From the NCBI GenBank assembly GCA_025963875.1, contig JAOPZY010000072.1:1-33932 (forward strand): a stretch of DNA of 33,932 nucleotides, written 5' to 3'. Source of the DNA: Actinomycetota bacterium. GTDB taxonomy: Bacteria; Actinomycetota; CADDZG01; JAHWKV01; JAOPZY01. Shown here piece by piece: positions 18,303-28,041 of this stretch; the stretch's first letter is position 1, and the number at the start of each line of letters is the position of its first letter. The position numbers and the translations under genes are program-made. The notes below the pieces were generated by a model that was not told the DNA's origin, did not search any database, and worked only from the letters and a program-made list of their open reading frames with translations.

Positions 18303-19589
18303 TTGAGTACATCTGAGCCATCGTTGCGACTGGCGGACGGGACCGCCCGGCGGGCCGCCACCTCGACCGTCACCGAATCCATCAAAGCCGACCGCAGGCT
18401 TCCCGGGCCTCCGCCGCACGGCGGCAGGCTGATCTCGAGGCTCGCGCACCCCGACGAGCGTGACCGCTGGCTCGCCAAGGTGCCCCACGTCCCCTCCGTC
18501 ACCCTCACCGCCCGCGAGGTCGCCGACATCGAGTGCCTCGCAGTCGGGGCGTTCAGCCCCCTCGAGGGCTTCCTCGGCAAGGCCGACTACGAGTCCGTCG
18601 TGGCCGACATGCGGCTGGCCTCCGGGCTCGTCTGGAGCCTGCCGGTGACGCTCGCTGCCACGGCCGAGGAAGTGCTCGGCCTCAAGACCGGCAACGACGT
18701 CGTCCTGCGGGACCCCCAGGGTGAACCGCTGGCGATCCTGCACCTTGAAGACATCTACGCCTATGACCGCGAGGAGGAGGCCGAGAGCGTCTTCCGGACC
18801 TCGGACACGGCCCACCCGGGCGTCGCAGGCCTGCTGGCGCAGGGGGAGTGGCTGCTCGGGGGCAGGGTGACCGTGCTGCGACTCCCGCGTGGCCGCCCAT
18901 TCGTGTCCTACCGGCTGACGCCGAAGGAGGTCCGGCAGGCCGTCGCCGACCGTGGCTGGCGGACCCTCGTCGGCTTCCAGACCCGCAACCCGATCCACCG
19001 GGCGCACGAGTACCTCACCAAGTGCGCGCTCGAGCAGGTCGACGGGCTGCTCCTGCACCCCCTCGTCGGGGAGACCAAGGGTGACGACATCCCCGCCGAC
19101 GTCCGGATGCAGGCCTATGAGGTGCTGATGGAGGGCTACTACCCCAACGACCGGGTGCTGCTGTCCGTCTTCGTCGCCGCCATGCGCTACGCCGGTCCCC
19201 GCGAGGCGCTCTTCCACGCCATCTGCCGGAAGAACTACGGCTGCACGCACTTCATCGTCGGCAGGGACCATGCCGGCGTCGGCAACTACTACGGCACCTT
19301 CGACGCCCAGGACCTCCTGCGCGAGTTCGCGCCGGAGGAGCTCGGCATCACGCCGATGTTCTTCGACCACTCCTTCTGGTGCAAGGCCTGCGGTGGCATG
19401 GCGACTGCCAAGACGTGCCCCCACGGCCCGAGCGACCGGGTGGCCCTGTCGGGGACCGAGGTCCGCCGCCGGCTCGGCACCGGCGAGGAGATCCCGCCGG
19501 AGTTCTCCCGGCCCGAGGTGGCAGCCGTGCTGCACAAGGCCCTGGCAGAGCGTGAGGCGGCAGCCGCCGCTCAGAGGCCGGGGGGCTAA
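18303..19589 (+). CDS. sat: Sulfate adenylyltransferase (homo-oligomeric Sat type)
   Basis: PHGG, FSPLEGF, FQTRNPIHRAHEY, MRYAGPREA, HFIVGRDHAGVG, Zn motif CKAC...CPH. Confidence 0.95.
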   Translation: MSTSEPSLRLADGTARRAATSTVTESIKADRRLPGPPPHGGRLISRLAHPDERDRWLAKVPHVPSVTLTAREVADIECLAVGAFSPLEGFLGKADYESVVADMRLASGLVWSLPVTLAATAEEVLGLKTGNDVVLRDPQGEPLAILHLEDIYAYDREEEAESVFRTSDTAHPGVAGLLAQGEWLLGGRVTVLRLPRGRPFVSYRLTPKEVRQAVADRGWRTLVGFQTRNPIHRAHEYLTKCALEQVDGLLLHPLVGETKGDDIPADVRMQAYEVLMEGYYPNDRVLLSVFVAAMRYAGPREALFHAICRKNYGCTHFIVGRDHAGVGNYYGTFDAQDLLREFAPEELGITPMFFDHSFWCKACGGMATAKTCPHGPSDRVALSGTEVRRRLGTGEEIPPEFSRPEVAAVLHKALAEREAAAAAQRPGG

Positions 19590-19595
19590 CCAGCC

Positions 19596-21242
19596 ATGGC
19601 GCGCTTCGGGGAGGGGCAGTGGGCCCTCGGCTACATGGAGCCGCTCAACAAAAACGAGCGGATGAAGCGGGATGCCGCGCCCCTCGAGGTCCGTGATCGC
19701 ATCGACAACATCTACTCGAAGCAGGGCTTCCGCTCCATCTGGCCAGACGACCTGCGGGGCCGGTTCCGCTGGTGGGGGATCTACACGCAGCGCCGCCAGG
19801 GTGTCCCGGGCGGCCGGACCGCCGCGGCGGAGCCCCACGAGCTCGAGGACGAGTTCTTCATGATGCGGATCCGGCTCGCCGGGGGTCGCCTGACCAGCGA
19901 GCAGCTCCGCACGATCGCCTGGGTCTCCGAGCGCTTCGGGCGGGACGTGGCGGACGTGACGGACCGCCAGAACATCCAGCTCCACTGGATCCGCATCGAG
20001 GATGTGCCAAGGATCTTCGAGGCGATCGAAGGCGTGGGCCTCACCACCTGCGAGGCGTGCGGCGACTGCCCCCGCACGATGATCGGCTGCCCGCTGGCGG
20101 GCGTCGACGCCGGAGAGCTGTTCGACGCCACCCCCGCCCTGCTGGCGACGCACCAGCGCTTCGTGGGAGACCCCGAGTTCCAGAACCTCCCGCGCAAGTT
20201 CAAGACCTCGATCTCCGGTTGCGCCCAGCAGTGCGCCCAGCACGAGATCAACGATGTCGCCTTCGTGGGTGTCCGGCGTGACGACGGCTCGGTCGGGTTC
20301 GACCTGTGGGTGGGCGGCGGCCTCGGTCCCAACCCCCACTTCGGCAAGCGCCTGGGCGCCTTCGTCGAGATGGAGGAGGTGCCCGACGTATGGGCCGGGG
20401 TCGCCGGGCTGTTCCGTGACTACGGCTACCGGCGAGCCCGCAACCACGCCCGCATCAAGTTCCTCATGGCCGACTGGGGTCCGCAGCGCATGCGGGAGGT
20501 CCTCGAGAAGGAGTACCTCGGCCACAGCCTCCCCGACTGCGACGCCCCGCCGCCCAGCACCACGGCCCAGCGGGACCACGTCGGGGTTCACGAGCAGAAG
20601 GGCGGCCGGGCCTACGTCGGCTTCGCCCCCCGCGCCGGGCGCATCTACGGCCACCAGCTCCGGGAGGTCGCCCACCTTGCCGACGACTTCGGCTCCGGCC
20701 TCATCCGGCTCACCACCCAGCAGAAGGTGGTCATCACCAACGTCGAGTCCGGCGCGGTCGACGACCTCGTGTCGGCCCTGGAGGAGCACGACCTGCGGGT
20801 CAACCCGAGCGTGTTCCGCCGGTCGACCATGGCCTGCACGGGCATCGAGTTCTGCAAGCTGGCCATCGTCGAGACCAAGCACCGGGCGGACTGGCTCTAC
20901 CGGGAGCTGGAGGAGCGCCTCCCCGACTTCGACGAGCCCATCCGGATCAACGTCAACGGTTGCCCCAACTCCTGCACCCGCTTCCAGGTGGCGGACATCG
21001 GCCTCATGGGGTCGCTGATCGCGGCATCGGACGGGACGAAGGTGGACGCCTACCAGGTCCACCTCGGCGGCCACCTCGGGGAGGGCCCGGCCTTCGGTCG
21101 TAAAGTGAAGAGGGTGAAGGTCCCGGCCTCCGAGCTGGCGAACTATGTCGAACGGCTGCTGCGCCGCTACCTCGCCACCCGGGCGGACAGCGAGCCTTTT
21201 TATCGGTGGGCGGCACGAGCGTCGGAGGATTGGCTTCAATGA
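19596..21242 (+). CDS. sir: Ferredoxin-dependent sulfite/nitrite reductase (SirA-type)
   Basis: [24 protein letters not shown], siroheme/Fe-S ligands ACTGIEFC and NGCPNSC; sulfur operon context. Confidence 0.92.
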   Translation: MARFGEGQWALGYMEPLNKNERMKRDAAPLEVRDRIDNIYSKQGFRSIWPDDLRGRFRWWGIYTQRRQGVPGGRTAAAEPHELEDEFFMMRIRLAGGRLTSEQLRTIAWVSERFGRDVADVTDRQNIQLHWIRIEDVPRIFEAIEGVGLTTCEACGDCPRTMIGCPLAGVDAGELFDATPALLATHQRFVGDPEFQNLPRKFKTSISGCAQQCAQHEINDVAFVGVRRDDGSVGFDLWVGGGLGPNPHFGKRLGAFVEMEEVPDVWAGVAGLFRDYGYRRARNHARIKFLMADWGPQRMREVLEKEYLGHSLPDCDAPPPSTTAQRDHVGVHEQKGGRAYVGFAPRAGRIYGHQLREVAHLADDFGSGLIRLTTQQKVVITNVESGAVDDLVSALEEHDLRVNPSVFRRSTMACTGIEFCKLAIVETKHRADWLYRELEERLPDFDEPIRINVNGCPNSCTRFQVADIGLMGSLIAASDGTKVDAYQVHLGGHLGEGPAFGRKVKRVKVPASELANYVERLLRRYLATRADSEPFYRWAARASEDWLQ

Positions 21243-21832
21243 TCGAACCATCGGGACTTGATGCAGGGGCTGCTGCCGGGCAGGCAGTCGTACGGGCGGA
21301 CCGGGGTTGCGTGATCTGGATGACCGGGCTGCCGTCGGCCGGCAAGAGCACCATTGCCGAGACGCTTGCGCCGGCGCTCAAGGCCCGGGGCGAGCGGGTC
21401 GAGCTGCTCGATGGCGACGTCGTGCGGGAGAACCTCTCCAAGGGCCTCGGCTTCTCCAAGGAGGACCGCGACATCAACATCCGGCGGATCGGCTTCGTAG
21501 CCGAGCTGCTCGCCCGCAACGGGGTCAAGGTCATCACCGCCGCCATCTCCCCCTACCGCTCGGTGCGCGACGAGGTGCGGGAGCTGGTCGGCGACCACTT
21601 CCTCGAGGTCTACATCTCGACCCCGCTGGACGTCTGCGAGGACCGGGACGTGAAGGGGCTCTACGCCAAGGCACGCTCCGGCGCCCTGAAAGGCTTCACC
21701 GGTATCGACGACCCGTACGAGCCGCCGCTGAACCCGGAGATCGAGATCGCAACCCAGGGCGAGACGCCCGAGGAGTCGGCGGCTCGGATCATCGACGTGC
21801 TGGAGGCCAGGGGGTACCTCGATGTCCCCTAG
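21239..21832 (+). CDS. cysC: Adenylyl-sulfate kinase
   Basis: [40 protein letters not shown] 21239 overlaps the sir stop. Confidence 0.95.
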   Translation: MIEPSGLDAGAAAGQAVVRADRGCVIWMTGLPSAGKSTIAETLAPALKARGERVELLDGDVVRENLSKGLGFSKEDRDINIRRIGFVAELLARNGVKVITAAISPYRSVRDEVRELVGDHFLEVYISTPLDVCEDRDVKGLYAKARSGALKGFTGIDDPYEPPLNPEIEIATQGETPEESAARIIDVLEARGYLDVP

Positions 21833-22511
21833 CACGCCGGCGTACGTGGGGGAGCTCCCCGACCTCGAGGGTGCGTCCGCCGAGTACGTCCTGACGTGGG
21901 CGATCGAGCGGTTCTTCCCGGAGATCGCCGTGGCCTGCTCGATGCAGGACGCCGTCCTGGTCGACCTGGCCTGGCGCATCGAGCCGCGCATCGAGGTGTT
22001 CTTCCTGGAGACGGGGTTCCACTTTCCGGAGACCCTCGAGACGGCCGAGAAGATGCGCGACCGCTACAAGCTCAACCTCGTCGCCCTGCAGCCGGGGCCC
22101 GACCCCGCGATCTACTCCAAAGATGGGTACGAGGCCTGCTGCGCCGCCCGCAAGGTGGCGCCGATGGAGGCGCACCTCCGGGGCAAGCGGGCATGGGCGT
22201 CGGGACTGCGCCGGGTGGAGTCCCCGAGCCGGGCGACGGCGAAGGCAATCGAGTGGGACGCGAAGCGCGGCCTCGTGAAGGTCAATCCCATCGTGGCGTG
22301 GACCGACGAGGAGGTCGAACGCTACATCGCCGAGCACGACCTCATCGTCAACCCGTTGCGCCTGCAGGGCTTCGACTCGATCGGCTGCTGGCCCTGCACC
22401 CAGGCAGGCAAGGGCAGGGAAGGCCGCTGGGCGGGTCAGGACAAGCTGGAGTGCGGCCTGCACCCCGCCCTGGCGGAGCCGCTGGTGGTCAGGGAGGCCG
22501 GGGAGGCTTGA
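21822..22511 (+). CDS. cysH: (Phospho)adenylyl-sulfate reductase, Fe-S type
   Basis: [11 protein letters not shown] motif (ACCAARK), [13 protein letters not shown]. Confidence 0.93.
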   Translation: MSPSTPAYVGELPDLEGASAEYVLTWAIERFFPEIAVACSMQDAVLVDLAWRIEPRIEVFFLETGFHFPETLETAEKMRDRYKLNLVALQPGPDPAIYSKDGYEACCAARKVAPMEAHLRGKRAWASGLRRVESPSRATAKAIEWDAKRGLVKVNPIVAWTDEEVERYIAEHDLIVNPLRLQGFDSIGCWPCTQAGKGREGRWAGQDKLECGLHPALAEPLVVREAGEA

Positions 22512-22714
22512 CGGACGAGTCCCCGACGCCTCGGGTCCAGCCGTTCTACTGCCCGTACTGCGGCGAGGAGGATTTCGTCCCGTCGGGTGAACACGAAGGC
22601 GGGTTCCACTGCCGGTCGTGCGACCGCCGCTTCAGCGTGAAGTACATCGGTCTCGGCCCATCTCCGTTGGACGCGGTTGGCGGTGGGACATGGCGGCGTT
22701 CGGATACCCGGTAA
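22508..22714 (+). CDS. Small Zn-ribbon protein of the sulfate assimilation operon
   Basis: TTG overlapping the cysH stop; PFYCPYCGEED...FHCRSCDRRF; 68 aa. Confidence 0.8.
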   Translation: MTDESPTPRVQPFYCPYCGEEDFVPSGEHEGGFHCRSCDRRFSVKYIGLGPSPLDAVGGGTWRRSDTR

Positions 22715-24108
22715 GCCTCGACCTCGAAGGGCGCCGCTGCGTCGTCGTCGGCGGTGGGACGGTCGCCGAGCACAAGGTCCAGGGCCTGCTCGACGCGGGT
22801 GCGGCGGTCACCGTCGTTGCCGGCGCCTTCACGTCCGCCCTCAGGGAGCTTGCAGCCCGGGGCGAGGTCGAGCTGCTCCACCGCCCCTATGCCCGGGGCG
22901 ACCTGGCGGGCGCCTTCCTCACCATCGCCGCCACCGACGATGGTGCGGTCAACGCCGAGGTCTTCGCCGAGGCCTCGGGTGGCAATGTCCTCTGCAACGC
23001 AGTCGACGACGTGGCGCACTGCCACTTCGCTGCGCCGTCCATCGTGCGGCGGGGCGATCTCACGATCAGCGTCTCGACAGGGGGGAAGGCCCCGGCGCTG
23101 GCCAAACGGCTCCGGCAGACCCTTTCCGCACAGTTCGGCGACGAGTGGGGCGTCCTGGTGGATGTCCTCGCCGAGTCCCGGGCCGCAGCCCTCGCCCGCA
23201 ACGGCGGAACCCGCGACGTCGACTTCGCCACATGGGCTGAGCGGTGGGCGCTGGCGCTGGATGGCGACCTGGCCGGCATGGTCCGGGACGGACGGGCGGC
23301 CGAGGTGGCCGAGATTGTCCGGTCGGCACTCGCGGGGGAACCCCCGAGCCGCAGCGACGGATCGGTTGCCATCGTCGGGGCGGGCCCCGGCGACCCCGGC
23401 CTGATCTCGGTGCGCGGCAGGCAGCTGCTCGATGCGGCCGACGTGGTCGTCTACGACCGGCTGGTGCATCCCTCGCTCTGGGAGGGCAAGGACGCCGTCG
23501 ACGCCGGCAAGGAGCCCGGCGCCCACCGTGTCGACCAGGCCCAGATCAACGAGCTGCTGGTGCGCCTCGCCCGTGAGGGCAGGCGGGTGGTGCGGCTGAA
23601 GGGTGGCGACCCCTTCGTGTTCGGGCGGGGGGCCGAGGAGGTCGATGCCCTGGCGGCGGCCGGTATCCGCTACGAGGTCGTGCCGGGCGTCACCTCGGCG
23701 GTGGCCGCGCTCGGCGCCGCCGGGATCCCCGTGACCGACCGCCGGGTCTCCTCGTCGTTCGCTGTCGTCACGGGCCATTGCGCCACCGGCGAGGTCGACT
23801 GGGACCGCCTGGCGATGGCCGTCGACACGCTCGTTGTGCTCATGGGCCTCCGGCGCCTCCCGGAGATCGTCGAGCGGCTGCTGGCTGCGGGCCGGCCGGG
23901 GGACACGCCCGCCGCGGTGGTCGGCAACGGCAGCCTGCCTGACCAGCGTGTGGTCACCTCCACCCTGGCCGAGCTCCCTGCGGCGGTGGCGCTGGCGGGG
24001 GTCTCGCCCCCGGCGGTCATCGTCGTCGGGGACGTGGTGCGCCTCCGGGGATCGGACCTCTCGGCGGCGAGGGACCCGCTCGCGGAGCGACTCGCCGGAC
24101 CTTCGTAG
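22690..24108 (+). CDS. cysG: Siroheme synthase (dehydrogenase/chelatase plus uroporphyrinogen-III methyltransferase)
   Basis: YPVSLDL..VVVGGG, STGGKAPALA, VGAGPGDPGLI, RLKGGDPFVFGRG; ATG 22690. Confidence 0.93.
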   Translation: MAAFGYPVSLDLEGRRCVVVGGGTVAEHKVQGLLDAGAAVTVVAGAFTSALRELAARGEVELLHRPYARGDLAGAFLTIAATDDGAVNAEVFAEASGGNVLCNAVDDVAHCHFAAPSIVRRGDLTISVSTGGKAPALAKRLRQTLSAQFGDEWGVLVDVLAESRAAALARNGGTRDVDFATWAERWALALDGDLAGMVRDGRAAEVAEIVRSALAGEPPSRSDGSVAIVGAGPGDPGLISVRGRQLLDAADVVVYDRLVHPSLWEGKDAVDAGKEPGAHRVDQAQINELLVRLAREGRRVVRLKGGDPFVFGRGAEEVDALAAAGIRYEVVPGVTSAVAALGAAGIPVTDRRVSSSFAVVTGHCATGEVDWDRLAMAVDTLVVLMGLRRLPEIVERLLAAGRPGDTPAAVVGNGSLPDQRVVTSTLAELPAAVALAGVSPPAVIVVGDVVRLRGSDLSAARDPLAERLAGPS

Positions 24109-24404
24109 ATTTCTTCGCGCACTGGCCCTGTCCGGCCGTGGCGGGGAGTGCCGAAGGGGTCGGTTGGCCGGGCTGTGTGCGGCCCGAGGCGCCCCTCAAG
24201 GCGCCGGATAAGGGGCAGACGCCGTGCTTGTGGCGTCGTGCTTTGCCTCGTGCTCGCGTCGTGCAGCGGGACGGGTGGCCGTCAGGCGCCATATGCGGGG
24301 CCGCCCATCACCACTGCAAAGGTTGCCCCTGTGCCCATGGCGGCCGGCAAGGCCGGGGGCGGTCCACCGCCTGCGCCCGTCCCACGGGAGGCAGGGCCGG
24401 TTGG

Positions 24405-24541
24405 GGCCGGTACTGGATTGCCGCCGGGCCCACGCCGGCCTCGAGGAGTTGGTCACGGCTCAGAAGGCCGAACTGCCGGGCGGCCAGCCGCCCTAGCTGA
24501 GCTTCTTTGTGTGAGAAACTGCCATTATGAGAGGTATTCAC
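24405..24541 (-). pseudogene. Fragment resembling the AbiEi antitoxin N-terminal domain
   Basis: LAARQFGLLSRDQLLEAGVGPAAIQYR, after which similarity is lost. Confidence 0.55.
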
Positions 24542-24550
24542 ACAAAGAAG
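24502..24550. repeat. AT-rich 13-bp perfect inverted repeat
   Basis: CTTCTTTGTGTGA-N23-TCACACAAAGAAG. Confidence 0.85.
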
Positions 24551-24585
24551 ATTAGCGGCGGGTACTGACAGTTCCTCCGTGGTTT

Positions 24586-25257
24586 TTGAAGGTGGGAAAA
24601 GTCTATCGCCGGGCTCTGGCGAGCGAGGGCGGGCAGGGCGGACCCCAGCCAGCCCTCCGCATCGCGGATCTCCCCGGCAGCGGCGTGGGGCCGGCCGACA
24701 AGGTCGTGGCGCTCACGTTCGACGATGGCCCCGACCCCAGCTTCACACCGAGGGTGCTCGACGTCCTGTCGCACTACCGGGTGCCGGCCACCTTCTTCAT
24801 GATCGGCTGGGAGGCGGCCGCCTCGCCGGACCTGGTCAAGCGCGTCGCGGCTCGTGGGGACGGCGTCGGCAGCCACACGTGGAACCACATCGACCTCACC
24901 CGCCTGAGCGACGCCGGCATGGCCGTCCAGGTGGACAAGACCCGGGCGCTGCTGTCGTCAGAGACGGGGTGGAAGGTTGCCTGCATCCGCCCACCGCAGG
25001 GACACGTGAACCCGGGCCTGGTCCGCCGGCTGTCCGAGCGCGGGCTGACCACGGTGCTGTGGAGCGCCGACACCCGTGACTGGACCGTTCCGGGTACCGA
25101 CACGATCGTGCGGCGGGCCCTTGCCGACCTCTCGCCCGGGGCGGTCATCCTCATGCACGACGGCGGGGGAGACCGTCGCCAGACGCTGGCGGCCCTGCCT
25201 CGGATCATCGAGAGCGTGCACGTCCGGGGCTACCGGCTGGTCCCGATCTGCCGCTGA
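24586..25257 (+). CDS. Polysaccharide deacetylase (NodB/CE4), possibly 5'-disrupted
   Basis: ALTFDDGP, GSHTWNH, RPPQG, DTRDW, ILMHDGGG. Confidence 0.85.
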   Translation: MKVGKVYRRALASEGGQGGPQPALRIADLPGSGVGPADKVVALTFDDGPDPSFTPRVLDVLSHYRVPATFFMIGWEAAASPDLVKRVAARGDGVGSHTWNHIDLTRLSDAGMAVQVDKTRALLSSETGWKVACIRPPQGHVNPGLVRRLSERGLTTVLWSADTRDWTVPGTDTIVRRALADLSPGAVILMHDGGGDRRQTLAALPRIIESVHVRGYRLVPICR

Positions 25258-25423
25258 TCCGAGCGAGAGCCGGCGAAGGCCGCATTTGTCGCCCCCATTG
25301 TCGCGGGGGTGTAACTCCCTTGAAATCGGGAAGAAACAGGTGAGGTTTACCATGGCTTTCTGGCCCACGCTCCCGTAGGGCTCCCAAAGGGTCCCAGAGG
25401 CCCCCCCTTGACTGGAGGAACGC

Positions 25424-25597
25424 ATGCCCAGATGCCCACTCTGCGGTTCAGCCCATATCGTGGTCACGTTCCGGCCCCAGCGACGCGGGCACTGTTTCGG
25501 GTGTGACCTGCAGTGGGGCCTCGACGGCGGTGCCCCCGCGTCGGGACAGTCCGATCCTCCTCCGTCGGAGACGTCGAGGACGGCGGGCTCGGACTGA
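25424..25597 (+). CDS. 57-aa CPxCG Zn-finger microprotein
   Basis: Not in ORF track. GGAGGA RBS; MPRCPLCGSAHIVVTFRPQRRGHCFGCDLQW...; TACCAT -10 upstream and a terminator downstream. Confidence 0.7.
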   Translation: MPRCPLCGSAHIVVTFRPQRRGHCFGCDLQWGLDGGAPASGQSDPPPSETSRTAGSD

Positions 25598-25629
25598 CCT
25601 GTGTCAAACCCGCCTCCCCGCTCCTCATC

Positions 25630-25677
25630 CCCCCCGGTTGTCGAAGAAATTTTCGAAACCGGGGGGTTGTTTTTTTT
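25630..25677 (+). terminator. Intrinsic terminator
   Basis: CCCCCCGGTT(g)TCGAA/TTCGA-AACCGGGGGG stem followed by TTGTTTTTTTT. Confidence 0.85.
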
Positions 25678-25694
25678 CGCGTGGGCCTTTACCC

Positions 25695-25722
25695 TACAGA
25701 AACGCTACGTAGCGGTTTCGTA
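25695..25722. promoter_or_regulatory. Probable TetR operator
   Basis: Imperfect palindrome TACAGAAACGCTACGTAGCGGTTTCGTA directly upstream of the MFS-TetR pair. Confidence 0.65.
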
Positions 25723-25748
25723 TCACTTCGGGGGGACAGGAGGACGGC

Positions 25749-27380
25749 GTGGAACACGCAGAAGGCTACGAGAAGCGGTGGTGGATCCTAGGGGTACTCT
25801 GCCTGAGCTTGCTCATCATCGTGATGGACAACACCATCCTCAACGTGGCGCTGCCCACGCTCGTCCGCAAGCTCAGCGCGTCGGAGAGTCAGCTCCAGTG
25901 GATGGTCGACGCGTACACCCTGCTCTTCGCCGGCTTGCTGCTGACCATGGGCAACCTCGGCGACAAGTTCGGAAGGCGCACCACCCTGGGCACCGGGCTC
26001 GCCATCTTTGCCGTGGGGTCCGCGCTGTCGTCGTTCGCAGGCTCCCCGTCCCAGCTGATCGCCACCCGGGCGCTCATGGGCGTCGGTGCGGCGCTGATCA
26101 TGCCTGCGACGCTGTCCATCCTCACCAACGTGTTCCCCCCGGAGGAGCGGGCCAAGGCCATCGGCATCTGGGCGGGGATCTCCGGTGTCGCCATCGCCCT
26201 GGGCCCTGTCATCGGCGGTTTCCTGCTTGTCCACTACTGGTGGGGATCGATCTTCCTCATCAACGTGCCGGTGTGCATCTTCGCCCTGGTCGTCGGCCGC
26301 CTCATCGTGCCCAACAGCCGTGACCCCGAAGCGCAGCGGCTCGACCCCATTGGCGCGGGCCTCTCCATCATCGGCCTGGTCAGCCTGGTCTACGGCATCA
26401 TCGAGGCCCCCACGAGGGGTTGGTCCTCCGGCACGATCATCGGCTCGCTGGCCGTGGCTGCCGTCGTCCTCACCTCGTTCGTCCTGTGGGAGCTGCACAG
26501 CGACCACCCGATGCTCAACGTGCAGTTCTTCAAGAACCCCAGGTTCACCGCCGCGAACATGTCGATCACGCTGGTGTTCTTCGCCCTGTTCGGATCCATC
26601 TTCTTCCTCACCCAGTACCTGCAGTTCGTCCTCGGCTACTCGGCGCTGCAGGCGGGCCTCCGGCTGGCACCGATGGCGCTCGTCCTCATGGTCGTTGCCC
26701 CGGTGGCGGGCCAGCTCGTCGCCAAGGTGGGTACCAAGGCCCTGGTCGCCGTCGGGATGACGGTCGGTGCGGGCGGGCTGTGGTACCTGGCGCAGACCAC
26801 GCCCACGTCCGGATACTGGCACGTGCTCGGAGGCCTGGTGATCATCGCCGCCGGACTGTCCCTGTCGATGGTGCCGGCGACGGAGTCGATCATGGGATCG
26901 CTCCCGCCCGGCAAGGCAGGGGTCGGCTCGGCGATGAACGACACGACCCGGGAGGTCGGCGGGGCGTTGGGCGTCGCCATCCTCGGTACCATCCTCACCT
27001 CGCATTACACGACGGCCATAGCGAAGGCGTTCGGCTCCCTGCCGCCGCCGATGGTGGCGCTTGCCAAGAGCTCCGTCGGCGGTGCCATCCAGGTTGGTCA
27101 GAACGTTGGCGGCCAGGCGGGGCAGGCCCTCGTGGCGATTGCCAAGTCCACCTTCATCACCGGGATGGGGTCGAGCCTGGAGATCGCTGCGGTCGTCGCG
27201 CTCGTCGGGGCCGGCATCTCGGCACTGTGGCTGCCGAACCGTCCCCTCCATGTCGGGGGCCACGAGGCGGCACGGGACGCCGAGCTGGAGCCACTCGCCA
27301 CGGAGGTCGCTACCCTCGAGGAGCTGGTGGCCGAGGAACTGGCAGCCGAACGGCTCGCTGCTGAGGGCGCAGAGGCGTGA
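25749..27380 (+). CDS. MFS efflux transporter, DHA2 (EmrB/QacA) family
   Basis: DNTILNVALP, GDKFGRR, WGSIFLINVP, REVGGALGVA; about 14 TM segments. Confidence 0.93.
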   Translation: MEHAEGYEKRWWILGVLCLSLLIIVMDNTILNVALPTLVRKLSASESQLQWMVDAYTLLFAGLLLTMGNLGDKFGRRTTLGTGLAIFAVGSALSSFAGSPSQLIATRALMGVGAALIMPATLSILTNVFPPEERAKAIGIWAGISGVAIALGPVIGGFLLVHYWWGSIFLINVPVCIFALVVGRLIVPNSRDPEAQRLDPIGAGLSIIGLVSLVYGIIEAPTRGWSSGTIIGSLAVAAVVLTSFVLWELHSDHPMLNVQFFKNPRFTAANMSITLVFFALFGSIFFLTQYLQFVLGYSALQAGLRLAPMALVLMVVAPVAGQLVAKVGTKALVAVGMTVGAGGLWYLAQTTPTSGYWHVLGGLVIIAAGLSLSMVPATESIMGSLPPGKAGVGSAMNDTTREVGGALGVAILGTILTSHYTTAIAKAFGSLPPPMVALAKSSVGGAIQVGQNVGGQAGQALVAIAKSTFITGMGSSLEIAAVVALVGAGISALWLPNRPLHVGGHEAARDAELEPLATEVATLEELVAEELAAERLAAEGAEA

Positions 27381-28027
27381 GCCAGCCCGAGCCGGGACCA
27401 GGAATAGGCGTAGCAACTGGAGAGACCGCTGTCGCTGTCGTGGGTGCCCCGGTGCATCGTGCGCCGGGGCGGCCGCGTAGCGTCCACGCCAACCAGGCCA
27501 TCATCGACGCCATCGTCGACCTCCTCGTGAGCGGGGGCTACCACGAGGTCACGATCGAGGCCGTCGCGACTCGAGCCGGCGTTGCCAAGACGACGATCTA
27601 CCGGCGGTGGCCCTCGAAGGCCGAGATGGTGGTGGAGGCCATCTCCGCCTGCAAGAAGGATTGCCTCCAGGCCGAGTCGTGCGCCGGGGAGACCGTCGCC
27701 TGCTCGCTCGTGGGGATGCTGTCGATGCTCTCCTGCTCCCGGACCTCACGGGTCCTCACCGGACTCGCCGTGGAGATGGCCCATAACGAGGAGCTTGCGG
27801 TGGCGGTGCGAGAAGGCCTGCTGAAGCCCAATCGGGAGGTGGTCCTCGGCACACTGCGGCGGGGGGTCGACACCGGGGAGTTCCGCCCCGACGCCGATCT
27901 CGACGTGGTGGCCGACCTCCTCGTCGGGCCGATGTTCTTCCGCATGCTGGTGAGCGGCGCCGAGCTCACCCCGGAACTGGCCGCCGAGACGGTCGACCTG
28001 GTCCTGCGGGGCATCTCGCCCCGCTGA
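27377..28027 (+). CDS. TetR/AcrR family regulator
   Basis: GRPRS...TIEAVATRAGVAKTTIYRRWPSK HTH; GTGA overlap with the MFS gene. Confidence 0.92.
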   Translation: MSQPEPGPGIGVATGETAVAVVGAPVHRAPGRPRSVHANQAIIDAIVDLLVSGGYHEVTIEAVATRAGVAKTTIYRRWPSKAEMVVEAISACKKDCLQAESCAGETVACSLVGMLSMLSCSRTSRVLTGLAVEMAHNEELAVAVREGLLKPNREVVLGTLRRGVDTGEFRPDADLDVVADLLVGPMFFRMLVSGAELTPELAAETVDLVLRGISPR

Positions 28028-28041
28028 GGAGATTCCGCCGG

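Noticed and set aside
18234..21251. 1005-aa minus-strand ORF and similar long antisense ORFs (e.g. 25788..27416, 22546..23778, 1964..3274)
   Set aside because: Shadow frames of well-supported genes in high-GC DNA; no recognisable motifs.
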